A stretch of DNA of 64,000 bases from Anaeromyxobacter sp. (GCA_049840735.1 JASGJN010000020.1:768001-832000); one strand, 5' to 3'; counted from the first letter of the stretch, positions 1-12,099 are shown. Made by a program: numbers and translations. The notes: generated by a model not told the origin, from the letters alone.

Positions 1-3000
1 TGGCGCGCCTTCCGGATCCCGCCGGCCGACGCCGAGATCATGAACCCTGCCCAGCTGCACGTGCTCGAGGCGGGGCGCCAGGCGCTCTCGGCCGTCCGCG
101 CGCTGCCGCGCGAGCGGACCGGCCTCTGGCTGGGCGCCACCGGGCTGGGCTGGCAGCCCGACACGGGGCTCCGGGTCCGGCTCGACGATCTCCTCGAGAC
201 GTACCGGGCCGCGTGCGCCGACGCCGCCCTGGAGCCCTCGACCGCCGCGGCCGCGCTGGCCGACGCGCGCGCCGCGCTCGAGGCCCGGGCCCTGCCCGCC
301 AGCGAGGAGCCGGTCGTGAACTCCGCCGCGAGCATCGCGGCCGGCCGGCTGGCCACGCTGTTCGACCTGCGCGGCCCGCACTGCGCCGTGGACGCCGGCT
401 TCGCGTCGGGGCTGGCGGCGCTCGAGCTGGCTTGCCGGGCGCTGCGCGACCGGACCGTGGACTGCGCCATCGCAGGCGGCGCGGCGGAGCTCCTCTCCCC
501 GGCCGAGCTGACCGCGCTGGAGCGCATGGGGGTCCTGGCCCGCGAGGCGCCGCGCCCCTTCGACGCGGCGGCTGACGGGACGGCGCCGGGCGAGGGCGCG
601 GTCCTCTTCGCGCTCAAGCGGCTGGAGGACGCCCAGCGCGACGGCGACGACGTGCTGGCGGTGGTGCTGGGCGTCGGGAGCGGCGCGGAGGGCGCGCGCG
701 CCCCGATGCTCGCGCCGTCCGCAGCGGGCCAGGCGATGGCGGCGCGCCGGGCGCTGGAGGAGGCGGGCGTCGGCGCGGACACCATCGGGTACCTCGAGTG
801 CCATGGCACCGGCACGCCCCTGGGCGACGCGACCGAGCTGGCCGCGCTGGCCGAAGGGTACGCGGGCGCAGGGCCGGTCCCCATCCCCATCGGCTCCGCC
901 AAGTCGGCGGTCGGGCACCTCCGGGGCGCAGCCGGCGCGGTGGGGCTCCTGCGCGCCGTGCTGGCGCTGTCCCGCGGGACGGTCCCCCCCAGGCCGGCTG
1001 GGCGGCGCCCTGCCCCGAGCTGGCCCGCGCCGGCGCGCCGTTCTCGGTCCCGACCACGCCGCGCCCGCTCTCCCCGCGGCGGCGCGGCCCGGGCCCGGGC
1101 CGGCGTGGCCGCGGCCTCGCTGGGCGGCATCTGCTACCACGCCATCCTCGAGGCGCCGGGGGCACGCGCGGCCGCACCGCGCGCAATCCCCTCGCCCGTC
1201 TCCAGCGGCCGCGAGCCCATCGCCGTGCTCGGCCTGGGGAGCGTCCTCCCCGGCGCGGGCGACGTGCCCGGCCTGTGGCGCGCCCTGCTGGAGGGGAGAT
1301 TGGGAATCCGCGAGGTCCCGCCCCAGCGGTGGTCGGCGGAGCGCTTCTGCGACCCTGATCCGCAGCGGCTGGAGCGGAGCTACACGCGGCTGGGCGCGTT
1401 CGCGGACACGCCCGACCTGGATCCCCGCTGGCGGGTCCCCCCGGCCTCGCAGGCGGCCGTGGACCCGACCCAGCTCCTGGCCCTGCGCGCGGCCGAGGAG
1501 GCGGTGGCCGACGCACACCTGGAGGACGGCGCGTGGGACCGGGCCCGCACCGGTGTCTTCCTCGGCTTCATGGCTTGCCAGGGGCGCAAGCTGCTGGCGG
1601 AGGTCCGCTTCCACGCGCTGCGCACGGGGGCGTACCTGCGCGAGGCGCTGGTGGCCCGCGGTGCCCCCGAGGAGCAGGTCCGCACGCTGCTCGCTCGCGC
1701 CCAGGAGCGGACCGAGGCGGCGCTGCCCCCCCTCGACGAGGACGCGCTGCCGGGCTGGCTGGGGAGCGTGGCCGCGGCCCGCATCGCCCGCCGCTTCGAC
1801 CTGCTCGGCCCGCGGCTGGCCATCGAGTCCGCCTGCGCCTCCACCCTGGCCGCGCTCCAGGCGGCGGTCCAGGCGCTGCGCGCCGGCGCCTGCGACACCG
1901 CGCTGGTCGGCGGAGCGTGGGCGGACATGCAGCCCGAGTTCTACGTGGGGAGCTGCCGGTTCAACGCGCTCTCGGCCAAGGGCAGCACGCCCTTCGACGC
2001 CCGCGCCAGCGGCTTCGTGCCGGGCGAGGGGGCGGGGTTCGTGGTGCTGCGCCGCCTCGCCGACGCCGAGCGCGACGGGCAGCGCGTCCAGGCGGTGGTG
2101 CGCGGGGTGGGGGCCTCGAGCGACGGCGCCGGCAAGTCCATCTTCGCCCCCTCGGCCGAGGGCGAGGCCACGGCCATGCGCCGCGCGCTGGAGGACGCCG
2201 GGGTGGCGCCGGGGCTGGTGGAGTACGTCGAGTGCCATGGGACGGGCACCGCGGCCGGCGACGCCGCGGAGGTGGACGCCTGCACGCGCGCCTACGGCCG
2301 CGGGCGCGAGCGGCCGCTGCGGGTGGGATCGGTGAAGTCGAACTTCGGACACCTGCTGGGCGCGGCCGGCGCGCCGGCGCTGGTGAAGGCGATCCTGGCC
2401 CTCCGCGAAGGGCTCCTCCCGCCGTCGCTGAACGTCGAGCAGCTCAACCCGGCCATCGACTTCGCCGCCGGCCCGGTCGAGGTGGTGACGCGGCCCACGC
2501 CTTGGGAGGCCGCGCCGGGCGAGCCCCGGCGCGCCGGGGTCTCCGGCTTCGGGCTGGGCGGCACGAACGTGCACGCGGTGCTGGAGCAGTACCGCTCCCC
2601 CGCCGAGCGCCGCAGCGACGCCGAGCGCTCGCGCCCGCGGCTGGAGGCCGTCGCCCTGCCCGCCCCGCGCCGCCGGATCCTGCCGGTCGCGGTGGCGACC
2701 GGGGCCGACCTGGCCGCCTGCGCGCAGGAGCTCGTGGCGCTGGCGGCTGCCGCCCGGCGCGCTGCGCCGGGCGAGTACCTGGCCCTGCTGGCCCGGGCCC
2801 AGCGCAGCGCCGGGGCCGGCCCGTGCCGGATGGCCGTGGTGGCGCGCGACGCCGCCACGCTCGGCGCGCGGCTCGAGCTGATGCAGAACGCGCTCGTCGC
2901 CGGCCTCGACCCGGGGCTGCTCGGCTCGCAAGGCATCTTCGTGGCGCGGGGGGACCGCCAGGGCGTGGCGGTGACGTTCCCGGGCCAGGGGCCGCAGTAT

Positions 3001-6000
3001 CCCAACATGCTCCGCGACGCGCTGGCGGAGTTCCCCGAGCTGGGCGAGACCCTCGACGCGGCGGACGGCGCCTACCAGGCGCTGTGCGGCAGGACGCTCC
3101 GGCAGGCCTTCTTCACCGATCGGCCTGCGGAGTATGCCCAGCGGGACGAGGACATCCACTGCGCGGTCTTCGCGGTGAACGTCGCCCTCTACCGGCTGCT
3201 CCAGGGGTACGGGCTCTGCCCGGATGCGCTCATGGGGCAGAGCGCAGGCGAGCTCGCCGCCCTGGTCGCGGCCGGGGCCGTCTCGTTCGAGGACGGGCTG
3301 GGGGTGGTCCGCGAGCGCACCGCCTCGGTCCTGGCCATCCAGACCGACGACCCGGGCAAGATGATCGCGCTCTCCTGCGGCGCCGAGGCGGCGCTGGCGC
3401 TGGCTGCAGGCATCCCTGGCTACGTGGCGCTGGCCGCCGACAACGGGCCGGACGCCTGCATCCTGTCCGCCGACGGGCGCGCGACGCCCGTGCTGGTCGA
3501 GCGCGCCGCCCGCGCCGGGATCGAGGCCACGGTCCTGGGGGTCTCGCACGGCTATCACTCGCAGCTCATCGCCGCGGCTCGGCCGCGCTACCAGGAGCAC
3601 CTGGCGCGGGTGGCCTTCCAGGCGCCGCGGCTCGAGGTGTTCTCGACCGTCACCGGGGGCTCGCTGGGCACCTTCGATCCCGGCGGCATGGTGGAGCACC
3701 TGGGCAGCCAGTTCGTGGAGCCGGTCCGGCTCCGCGCGGCGGTCGAGGCGCTGTACGCCCGCGGCGTGCGCGTCTTCGTGGAGTGCGGGCCCAAGTGGCC
3801 CCTCACCACCTTCGTCGGCCAGATCCTGGGCGACCGCCCGCACGCCGCCATCGCGACCATCCATCCCAAGGTGGGTGAGGTCGAGCAGATCCATCGCGCA
3901 CTCGCCTGCCTGTTCGTGCACGGCGCCGCTTCGCTCTTCCCCGTGGAGGACCTCGTGATGCACGCCTCACCCGCCGCTGCCGGCCACGCCTCTCCGTCGC
4001 CGTCGGAGCCCGCTCGCGCCGGCGATCTCACCGCCCTGCTCCGGGGGATCCGCGACCTCATCGACGGCTACCTCCGCGCCACCGGCGCCGAGGCCTCCCT
4101 CGCACCGACGCCGGGCGCTGCAAAGGCGAACGGCGCCACGGCCAAGACCAACGGCGTGGCGACCCATGGCGCCCACCGCGTGCCGGCGCCGGCCCCGGTG
4201 CCGGTGCAGGCGTCGGTGTCGGCGCCCGCCTCGGTGCCGGCGGCGGTCCCCTCGCCGCGCCAGGCGATCGAGCCGGCCTCGCCGCCGAGCGCTCCGGCCG
4301 AGCCCGCGCCCACGCTCGAGCTCGTGCAGGGTGCGCTGATCGACGAGTTCGCCCGCCGGACCAAGTACGTCCCATCCATGTTCAACCCCGACCTGGACCT
4401 GGAGGCCGAGCTCGGCATCGACACCGTGAAGCAGGTCGCGGTGCTCGCGGCGGTCCGCCAGCGCTTCGGCGTCGCGCCGGACCCGACCTTCAAGGTGCGG
4501 GACGCGAACACCATCGCGAAGGCCGCGGCCTGGCTGGTGGCGCGCGCCACCGGAGCGAGGGCCGGCGCCACGACGGCACCGGTCGCCTCGGCCGCACCGC
4601 CCGCACCAATCCCGCCTCCTGCCCCGGCCAAGGCCCCCGCGACCACCGCTGGGAGCACGCCGCTCCCGGCGGCCGCCCCCCCGCCGGCCGGCCTGCCGCG
4701 ACGCCCGAGGCCACGCGCGACGGCTCGGCGACGGCAATCCCTCCGGGAGCCTCGCTGGCCGAGGTCTGCGAGAAGGTGCGCCGGATGCTGCTGGACGAGT
4801 ACGTCCGCAAGACGCGCTACCCCGAGGCGATGCTCGATCCGGACCGTGACCTCGAGGCGGAGCTGGGCATCGACACCGTCCGGCAGGTCGCGGTGCTGGG
4901 CGCGGTCCGGGAGCGGCTCGGCCTGGCGCCGGATCCCCGCTTCAAGCTGCGCGACGCGAACACCATCGCCAAGGCGGCCGAGGTGCTGGCCTGGCGCCTG
5001 GTGGGCGAGGCGCCGCCTCCCTCCGGCCCGGGGCCCGGCGGCGGGCAGCCGCGACCGGGCTCGGCGGAGCCGGCCTCCGCTCACGGGACCTCCTCGGCGA
5101 GCGGCGCAACCTCGGCCATCATGGCGCCGCTGGCGAGCGCGGCGTTCGCGCCCAGCGCCGCCGCTGCGCAGCGCCCGGCCGCAGCCCTGGACCGCGCCGG
5201 GTGCGGGCCCGAGGCGGCGCCTCCTCCCGTGCCCACCTCCGCCGCGTCGCTCTCCACCGCGGCTCGCCTGCTCGAGGCCATCCTGGCCACCGCCGGCGGC
5301 GACGTGCGTGAGCTGACGGGGATCGCCGTCGGTGGCGAGGCCGGGTCCGGCAGCCCCGGTGAGCCTCGGGTCATGTCCGAGCCCCCCCACGGCGGCGCCG
5401 TCCGGCAGCATGCGGCCATGGGCGGCGCGGCCGCCGAGGCCACGGTCCGCACCGGCCCCGCGACGGCCCGGCTCGACGCGCCGCCGGAGGTCCTGGCCGC
5501 CGTCGCGCCGGTCCGGCGCGAGCGGGCGGCCGGCGGAGATGAGCTGCGCGCGGCGCTGGCGCCGGTCCTGGGAGAGGCGCGCGGCCTCCTCACCTGGGCC
5601 CGCTCCGAAGGGTTCATGTCGACCGCGGGAGGGGCGCTCCTCCCGGGCGGATCGCCGGCCGCCCGCCTGTCTGCCCTCCTGGTGGCCGCGGCCGAGCTGG
5701 CGTCCTTCGCCTGGCTGGGGCTCACCGGCGCGCCGCACGCGCTCGTCGCCATCGAGCGCGTCACCGTCCAGGCCCTGCCCCACCCCGGCGCCGAGCTCGG
5801 CCTCAAGGTGAAGATGATCCCGCCCGAGAGCGGGCTGTGGCGCGCCGACGTCCACGTGGTCTGCGAGGGGGAGCTGGTCGCGGAGATCCGCGGGCTGACC
5901 GGGGCCCCGGTCCGGGCCGCGCCCGCGACGCCGGGCCTCGTCGGCGACGCCGCCGAGCGCGCCTGGCGCCGCTTCTGCCGGCGGATGCGGGCGGAGCACG

Positions 6001-6020
6001 CGGCGGAGGAGGTGGCGTGA
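1..6020 (+). CDS. Iterative type I PKS / Pfa-like synthase subunit (KS lacking catalytic Cys - KS - AT - ACP - ACP - C-terminal hotdog/DH-like region); 5' end outside window; apparent frameshifts
   Basis: KS1 has DAGFAS (no Cys), HGTGT and KSAVGH. KS2 has ESACAS, HGTGT and KSNFGH. AT has FPGQG, GQSAG and HGYHS. Two ACP repeats (LGIDTVKQ, LGIDTVRQ). ORFs 40..5316 and 4776..6020 join by a frameshift near 4700; there is a compensating frameshift pair near 990-1075. Confidence 0.8.
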
Positions 6021-9000
6021 GCGCGGTGGGACCGATCGCCATCGTCGGGCTCGGCTGCCGGTTCGCCGGCGGGGCCGGGCCTTCGGCCTTCTTCGACCGC
6101 TGCGCCAGCGGGGCAGCGCCGGCGCGGGCCGTCCCGCCGACGCGGTTCGATCCCGAGGCGCTCGCCCACGAGCTCCCCCCCGGCGCCCGCCTGCCGATGC
6201 GCGCCGCGCTGGTGGACGAGGTCCCGCTCGACTGGAAGGCGCTCCGCATCCCGCCCATCCAGGTGGAGGGGCTCCACCTCGGCGAGCGGCTCGCCCTGCA
6301 GACCATCGTGGAGGCGATCCAGGACGCCGGGCTCCCGCCCGGACCGCGCGAGCCCCTGGACCGCGCCCAGGTCTGGCTGGCCGCGACCACCTTCGGCTCC
6401 GACGAGCGGATCGATCCCATGCGGCGGATCCGCCGCTACCGCCTGGCCGCGCCCATCCGCGAGGCGCTCGAGCGCCACGCGCCGGGCGAGGTCGAGCCGG
6501 CGCTGGCGCTCCTCGACCAGCTGGTGGACCTCGCCTCGCCCTCCATCGAGCCCGACGCGCTCTTCACCTCGGCGAGCATCGTGGCCGGCCGCGCCACGCA
6601 CCTGTCCAACTTCCGGGGCGGGCACCTGGCCATCGACGCGGGCACCGTCTCCTCGCTGGCCGCCGTGGCCGAGGCCTCGGCTGCGCTGGCGCGGGAGGAG
6701 TGCGACCTGGCCATCGTGTGCGGGGTCGCCCCCCTCGTGACGGCCTCGGCGCTGCTCGCCTTCGCCCACCGGGGCGAGCTCTGCCCGGGGGCGCCGGCAC
6801 CGTACGCTCGCGCGCCGGCCGGCACGCTGCTGGGCGAGGGGGCCTTCGCCGTGGCCCTGACCCGGCCCGCAGAGGCGGTGGGGCGGCGGGTCTACGCGGT
6901 CATCGAAGGGATCGGCGCCGCGGCCGAGCCGCGGGACGCCGGCGACGCAGGGCTGGAGCGCTGCGTGGCCCGGGCCGCGCGCGAGGCCCTGCTGGCCTCG
7001 GGGGTCTCGCCCGACGCGATCCACGCGGTCTCGAGCCGGGCGGCCGGGCTGCCCAGCGACGCCGCGGAGGCGGCGGGGCTGGCCGACGCCTACCGCGGGC
7101 GGAGCGCGCCCCTGGCGGTGGCGTCCTGCGTGCCGGCCACCGGTCACCTCCGGTGTGCAGGCGGCCTGGCAGCGCTGGTGCAGGCGGCGGTGGCCCTCCA
7201 GCGCGGCGCCTGGCCCGCGCCGCCGTCGCGGTCGGGGGACCTGGTGGGCGGGGTGGTGATGGCGGGCGCGTCGCCGGTCCGGCCCGAGCAGCGGGTGGCG
7301 GTGAGCGACGCCGGCCCCGAGCCGGTGGCGTACCACGCCGTGCTGGCGAGGCCGGGAGCCCCGGCGGCGGCGGCCCGGCCGGCGGCCCGGAGAGCCCGGC
7401 AGGCTGAGGGGTTCGCCGTGGTGGGCGTGGGGCTGGTCGCAGCCGACGCCAACGATCCCCGCAGCTACTGGAAGAACGTCCTCGAGGGCTCGGATCCGGT
7501 CAGGGACCTCCCGGCCTCGCGCTTCGACGTCGAGGCGCTGGTCGGCCGGAACGCCGAGCTGGCCCACGCCTTCCGCACGCGCCTGGCGGCGACCGTCTCG
7601 CCGCCGCCGCTCGACCTGGCCCGCTACGGGATCGCCCCGCAGGAGCTCCCGACCCTGGACCCGGCCATCCCCATCGCGCTGCTCGCCGCGGAGCAGGCGC
7701 TCCGGGGCGCCCGCTGGGAGCGGAGCGCCGGCCGGCGTGGACAGGCGGTGTTCGGCCAGCTGTCGCTTCGCGCGCGCGACGCCGCGGTGGAGATGCGGAT
7801 CGCCTTCGCCTCCACGCTGGCCCTGGCCTCCGAGGCGCTGCGCGAGGCCGGGCTCTCGCCGGAGCGCATCCGGGAGGTCCTCGCCACGGCGCGCGCCCTC
7901 TACGACGCCCGCGGAGCCGCCCACTGGACCGAGGCCCTCTCCGCCAGCACCGGGTACTCGCTCGCCGCGCGCGTGGCCGGCGCCTTCGGCCTGGGCGGCG
8001 TTCCGCTCACCGTGGACGCGGCCTGCGCCTCGTCGCTGGCGGCCGTGCGCCTGGCTTGCGACGCGCTGGCGCGAGGCGAGGTGGACCTGGCCCTGGCCGG
8101 CGGCGTGGCCTACAACCTCCTGCCCGAGTACTACGTCGGGCTCGGGCTCATGGGCGCCCTCTCGCCGCGGGGCGCCCTGCCCTTCCACGAGAACGCCGAC
8201 GGCTTCGTGCCGGCGGAGGGCGCGGCCGCGGTCGCGCTGCGGCGCCTGGCCGACGCCCGCGCCGACGGCGACGAGATCCTGGCCGTGGTCCGCGGGCATG
8301 GGATCTCCAGCGACGGCCGGGCGCTCTCCATCTACTCGCCGTCCTCCGAGGGCCAGCAGCTGGCGCTGCGCAGGGCGCTGGCCGACGCCGGGGTGGAGCC
8401 CGGGACGGTGGACCTCCTCGAGGCGCACGGCCCGGCCACGCAGCTCGGCGACCGGACCGAGATTGCCAGCTGCGCGGCGGTGTACGGTGACGCGCCCCGG
8501 CCGTCTCCCCTGGTCCTGTCGGCCTCGAAGTCGCAGGTCGGCCACACCACCAGCGCCGCCGGCATGATCGCCCTGGTCCGCGCCGTGCTCGCGCTGGGGG
8601 AGCGGGTCCTGCCCGGCTCCAACCGCCGGGGCGAGCTCGACCCCGAGCTGCACCTGGAGCGGATCCCGGCCGTGCTGCCGACCACGCCCCGCCCCTGGCT
8701 CGCTCCGCGAGGCCACCCCCGCCGCGCGGCCGTGAGCGCGTTCGGGTTGGCAGGCGTGAACCATCACCTGATCCTGGAGGAGGCGCCGGGCGCCGCGGAG
8801 GGCGAGGTGCGCGCCCCGGTGACGGTGCCGCCGGCCAGCGGCCTCGCTGCGGACCGGTTCGCCATCGAGCTCGCGCCGGTGGCGCTCCCGGAGCGGCCGC
8901 CGCTCCACGCGCTGGCCGGGCGCCGGGCCGTGGTGGTGGGCGCGCCCGGCGGCCGCGCCGAGGCGCTGGCGCAAGCGCTCGTCGCCAGTGGTCTCCAGGC

Positions 9001-11296
9001 GCGGCGCCTCGATCCGCCCGCGTCGGGCGAGCTCGAGCTCGAGGGCGTGAGCCTGGTCGTGGACGCGACCGCGCTCGAGTGGGACCCCGGGCTCCTGCTC
9101 CTCCCTGCCGCCGCGCTCGCAGCGCAGGCCCGCGCGCACGCGCAGCGGGCCGTCGCGCTGGCGCGCTCCATCCACGGGTGGATGGAGGACGCCTCCGCGG
9201 AGCGGCCGGCCATGTACGCGGCGGTCACCGCCATGGGCGGCGACCTCGGGCTCTCCGGCGGCGGCGCGGGCAACGTGCTGGGCGCGTTCCAGCATGGGCT
9301 GGCGCTGGCGCTGAAGCAGGAGCTCCCGGCCGTCCTGGTCAAGGCGCTGGACGCGCCGCCGGGACTGGCCGCGCCGGAGCTCGCCCGCGAGCTGCTGCGG
9401 GAGCTGGAGGACGGCAACGAGCGGGTCCAGGTCGGCTGGGCCGGCCGCCGGTTCGTGGTGAATCTCCGGCGCGCCGCGCACCCCGACGAAGCCGCCCCCT
9501 TGCGCGAGCTCCGGCCTGGGGACGTCTTCGTCTTCTCCGGGGGCGGCCGGGGCGTGGTGTTCGAGTGTGCGCGGGCCGTGGCGCAGCTGGGCGCGGTCGC
9601 CGTGGTGACCGGCCGCACCGCCGTGCCCGATCCGGGCGCCCCGCACGTCGGCCTCGACGACGAGGCGTTCGCCGAGTTCCGCCGCCGCGAGATTGTCCGG
9701 CGCCGGGGCGAGCCGGGGCTGACCCCGGCGCGGTTCGAGCGGGAGATGGCGCCGCTGGTCCGCGAGCGGGAGCTCCACCGCAACCTGGCGCGCGCCCGCG
9801 CCGAGGGGCTGGCCATCGAGTACGAGCCCTGCGACGTGGTCGATCCCGAGTCCGTGCGGGCGCTGGTGGCGAGGGTGCGCGCGCGGCATGGGGCCATCCA
9901 CTACCTGGGGCACGGCGCCATGATCGAGCGCTCCACCGGCCTGCCGTCGAAGACCGACCAGGACGTGGCGCGCACCGTGGACTCCAAGGTCGCCGGCCTG
10001 CTCAACCTGCTCGACGCGACGGCCGCCGATCCCATCCGCGCCGTGATCGCCTTCGGCTCCGGGGTGGCTCGCTTCGGGAACCGCGGGCAGACCGACTACG
10101 CCGGCGCGAACGCGCTCATGGCGGCGCTGCTGCCGGCGAGGCTGGCGCGCGCCGGGCACCCCGCCGCGTGCGTCACCGTGAACTGGCCGGCCTGGCGCGA
10201 GGTGGGCTGGGCAGCCTCGAACCGCGACATCGCCGCCGGCCTGGACGCCATGGGGGTGACGTCGATCCTGCCCGAGGAGGGGCGGTACTGGTTCCTGTCC
10301 GAGCTGCTCCACGGGACGGAGCCGGAGGTGCTGGTGGCCGGTGAGCGGATGCTCCACGCCTGGCCGTTCTTCGGCGCGTCCGCCGACGGGCGGCGGCCGA
10401 TTGGCCCCACCGACGACCGCGCCGCGCTGCTGGTGCCCGGCTCGTTCCCGCTGCTGGACGAGGTGATCGAGCGCGGCCCGGGTCGGCTGCTGGCGGCCCG
10501 GAGGCTCGATCCGGACCAGGAGCCCTTCCTGGCGCAGCACCTGCTGGATGGCCGCCCGGTGCTGCCGGGGGCGTTCGCCCTGGAGATGCTGGCGGAGGCA
10601 GCCTCGCTGCTCCGGCCCGGAGCGGACGTGGTCGAGGCCGTCGAGTTCCGCGTCGACGCGCCGGTGGTGAACGTCCGCGGCGCGGTGGACGTGCAGGTCG
10701 AGGCCGTGGAGGTCGGGCCAGGCCTGGTCGAGGCGCGGCTGCTGAAGCGGCTCGCCATCGAGGGCGCGCCACCCCGGATCCACGCCTCCGCCCGGCTCCG
10801 GCTCGGTGAGCGGCCCGCCAGGCCTGGCGCCTCGCCCATCCCCGAGGCCGAGGGGGTGATCCGGGCCCGGTCGTTCTATCGGACCTCGCGGGATCCGGTG
10901 GCCCTCGGCCCGCTCTTCTGCCGGGCCCAGTGGATCGAGCTCCGGGGCACGGAGGCCGTCGGCTTCATCGAGTCGCCGGACCCGGGCGGCATCGTCGGTG
11001 GCTCGACCTGCCCGGCCTTCCGGATCGATCCCCTGCTCCTCGACTCCGCGTTCCAGCTCGCCGGGAGCGTGGAGGGGTTCGGCGAGGGGTTCGTGTGCGT
11101 GCCGGTGGCGGTCCAGGCGGTGCGGGTCGGGGACGTCCCCAGGCGCGGCGAGCGCGCCCGCGGGCGCGCGGTGAGGGCCCGCGCCGAGGCGCCACGCGTG
11201 TTCTACGACGTGGTCGTGGTGGGCGAGGACGGCAGGTTGCTGCTCGACGTGGTGGGCCTCGAGCTGCGCCGCGTGGCCCAGGCGGAGGCGGCATGA
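6017..11296 (+). CDS. Iterative type I PKS subunit (degenerate KS - KS - KR - DH)
   Basis: GTG overlaps the upstream TGA. KS1 has DAGTVS (no Cys). KS2 has DAACAS, EAHG and KSQVGH. KR has GGGRGV and GNRGQTDYAGAN. DH has HLLDGRPVLPG and LLDSAFQ. Confidence 0.85.
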   Translation: MSAVGPIAIVGLGCRFAGGAGPSAFFDRCASGAAPARAVPPTRFDPEALAHELPPGARLPMRAALVDEVPLDWKALRIPPIQVEGLHLGERLALQTIVEAIQDAGLPPGPREPLDRAQVWLAATTFGSDERIDPMRRIRRYRLAAPIREALERHAPGEVEPALALLDQLVDLASPSIEPDALFTSASIVAGRATHLSNFRGGHLAIDAGTVSSLAAVAEASAALAREECDLAIVCGVAPLVTASALLAFAHRGELCPGAPAPYARAPAGTLLGEGAFAVALTRPAEAVGRRVYAVIEGIGAAAEPRDAGDAGLERCVARAAREALLASGVSPDAIHAVSSRAAGLPSDAAEAAGLADAYRGRSAPLAVASCVPATGHLRCAGGLAALVQAAVALQRGAWPAPPSRSGDLVGGVVMAGASPVRPEQRVAVSDAGPEPVAYHAVLARPGAPAAAARPAARRARQAEGFAVVGVGLVAADANDPRSYWKNVLEGSDPVRDLPASRFDVEALVGRNAELAHAFRTRLAATVSPPPLDLARYGIAPQELPTLDPAIPIALLAAEQALRGARWERSAGRRGQAVFGQLSLRARDAAVEMRIAFASTLALASEALREAGLSPERIREVLATARALYDARGAAHWTEALSASTGYSLAARVAGAFGLGGVPLTVDAACASSLAAVRLACDALARGEVDLALAGGVAYNLLPEYYVGLGLMGALSPRGALPFHENADGFVPAEGAAAVALRRLADARADGDEILAVVRGHGISSDGRALSIYSPSSEGQQLALRRALADAGVEPGTVDLLEAHGPATQLGDRTEIASCAAVYGDAPRPSPLVLSASKSQVGHTTSAAGMIALVRAVLALGERVLPGSNRRGELDPELHLERIPAVLPTTPRPWLAPRGHPRRAAVSAFGLAGVNHHLILEEAPGAAEGEVRAPVTVPPASGLAADRFAIELAPVALPERPPLHALAGRRAVVVGAPGGRAEALAQALVASGLQARRLDPPASGELELEGVSLVVDATALEWDPGLLLLPAAALAAQARAHAQRAVALARSIHGWMEDASAERPAMYAAVTAMGGDLGLSGGGAGNVLGAFQHGLALALKQELPAVLVKALDAPPGLAAPELARELLRELEDGNERVQVGWAGRRFVVNLRRAAHPDEAAPLRELRPGDVFVFSGGGRGVVFECARAVAQLGAVAVVTGRTAVPDPGAPHVGLDDEAFAEFRRREIVRRRGEPGLTPARFEREMAPLVRERELHRNLARARAEGLAIEYEPCDVVDPESVRALVARVRARHGAIHYLGHGAMIERSTGLPSKTDQDVARTVDSKVAGLLNLLDATAADPIRAVIAFGSGVARFGNRGQTDYAGANALMAALLPARLARAGHPAACVTVNWPAWREVGWAASNRDIAAGLDAMGVTSILPEEGRYWFLSELLHGTEPEVLVAGERMLHAWPFFGASADGRRPIGPTDDRAALLVPGSFPLLDEVIERGPGRLLAARRLDPDQEPFLAQHLLDGRPVLPGAFALEMLAEAASLLRPGADVVEAVEFRVDAPVVNVRGAVDVQVEAVEVGPGLVEARLLKRLAIEGAPPRIHASARLRLGERPARPGASPIPEAEGVIRARSFYRTSRDPVALGPLFCRAQWIELRGTEAVGFIESPDPGGIVGGSTCPAFRIDPLLLDSAFQLAGSVEGFGEGFVCVPVAVQAVRVGDVPRRGERARGRAVRARAEAPRVFYDVVVVGEDGRLLLDVVGLELRRVAQAEAA

Positions 11297-11982
11297 CCCT
11301 CGTGGCGCTCGCGCTCAGCCGGGTGCGAGTCCACGATGCTGCGCTGACGGACCTCGACGAGCGTGAACGGGCCGCGCTCCTGCCGGGCGCCGTGCCCAAG
11401 CGGCGGGCGGAGTACGCTGCCGGGCGCCGGGCCGCACGCGCGGCGCTGGCGAGGTTCCTGGGCCAGGCCGCGGAGGGGACCGCGGTGGTGCCCGCAGGAG
11501 CGGGGGGCGGCAAGCCGCTCGTCATCGACGCCAGCGGGGCGCCCCTGGCCGACGCCCACCTGTCCATCACCCACGCCGCCGGCCTGGCAGCGGCCGCCGT
11601 CGCACCGCGCCCGATCGGCCTCGACCTGGTGACGCTCGAGCCGCTCGAAGAGGCTTTCCGTGAGGAGGCCTTCGAGCCCGGGGAGATCGCGCGCTGGGAG
11701 GCGTGGATTGGCGCGGCCCAGGGATCCGTGCAGGGTCCCTGCGTGGCGTTCGCGGCCAAGGAGGCCGTCCTGAAGTGGCTCGGGACCGGGCTCGAGCTGC
11801 CCCTCCGCGCCGTCCGCGTCGAGCCCGCCGGGCCGGGGACCCCGACGCTGCTGGGCGATGCGGTGGCAGCGCTGTCGATGCCCGTGCGCGTCGAGAGCCC
11901 CCGGGGCACTGCGCTGCTCGAGGGCTGGATCGCGGCGTCCCCTCGGCGGGTGATGGTCGGGGTGTGCGGCTCCACGCCATGA
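11293..11982 (+). CDS. 4'-phosphopantetheinyl transferase
   Basis: KRRAEYAAGR, GKP, LSITHA, IGLDL and FAAKEAVLK motifs; ATGA overlap with the PKS gene. Confidence 0.85.
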   Translation: MTLVALALSRVRVHDAALTDLDERERAALLPGAVPKRRAEYAAGRRAARAALARFLGQAAEGTAVVPAGAGGGKPLVIDASGAPLADAHLSITHAAGLAAAAVAPRPIGLDLVTLEPLEEAFREEAFEPGEIARWEAWIGAAQGSVQGPCVAFAAKEAVLKWLGTGLELPLRAVRVEPAGPGTPTLLGDAVAALSMPVRVESPRGTALLEGWIAASPRRVMVGVCGSTP

Positions 11983-12099
11983 GGGCACCCCTCGCGCTGG
12001 TGCCAGGCTCGGCTTCACGGACCGGGTCGCCGCCAGGAAGGGCAAGACTGGAAGCAAGCGGTGGAGAAGGTGGTAGATCTCGGCGTCGAGGAGGACGAC

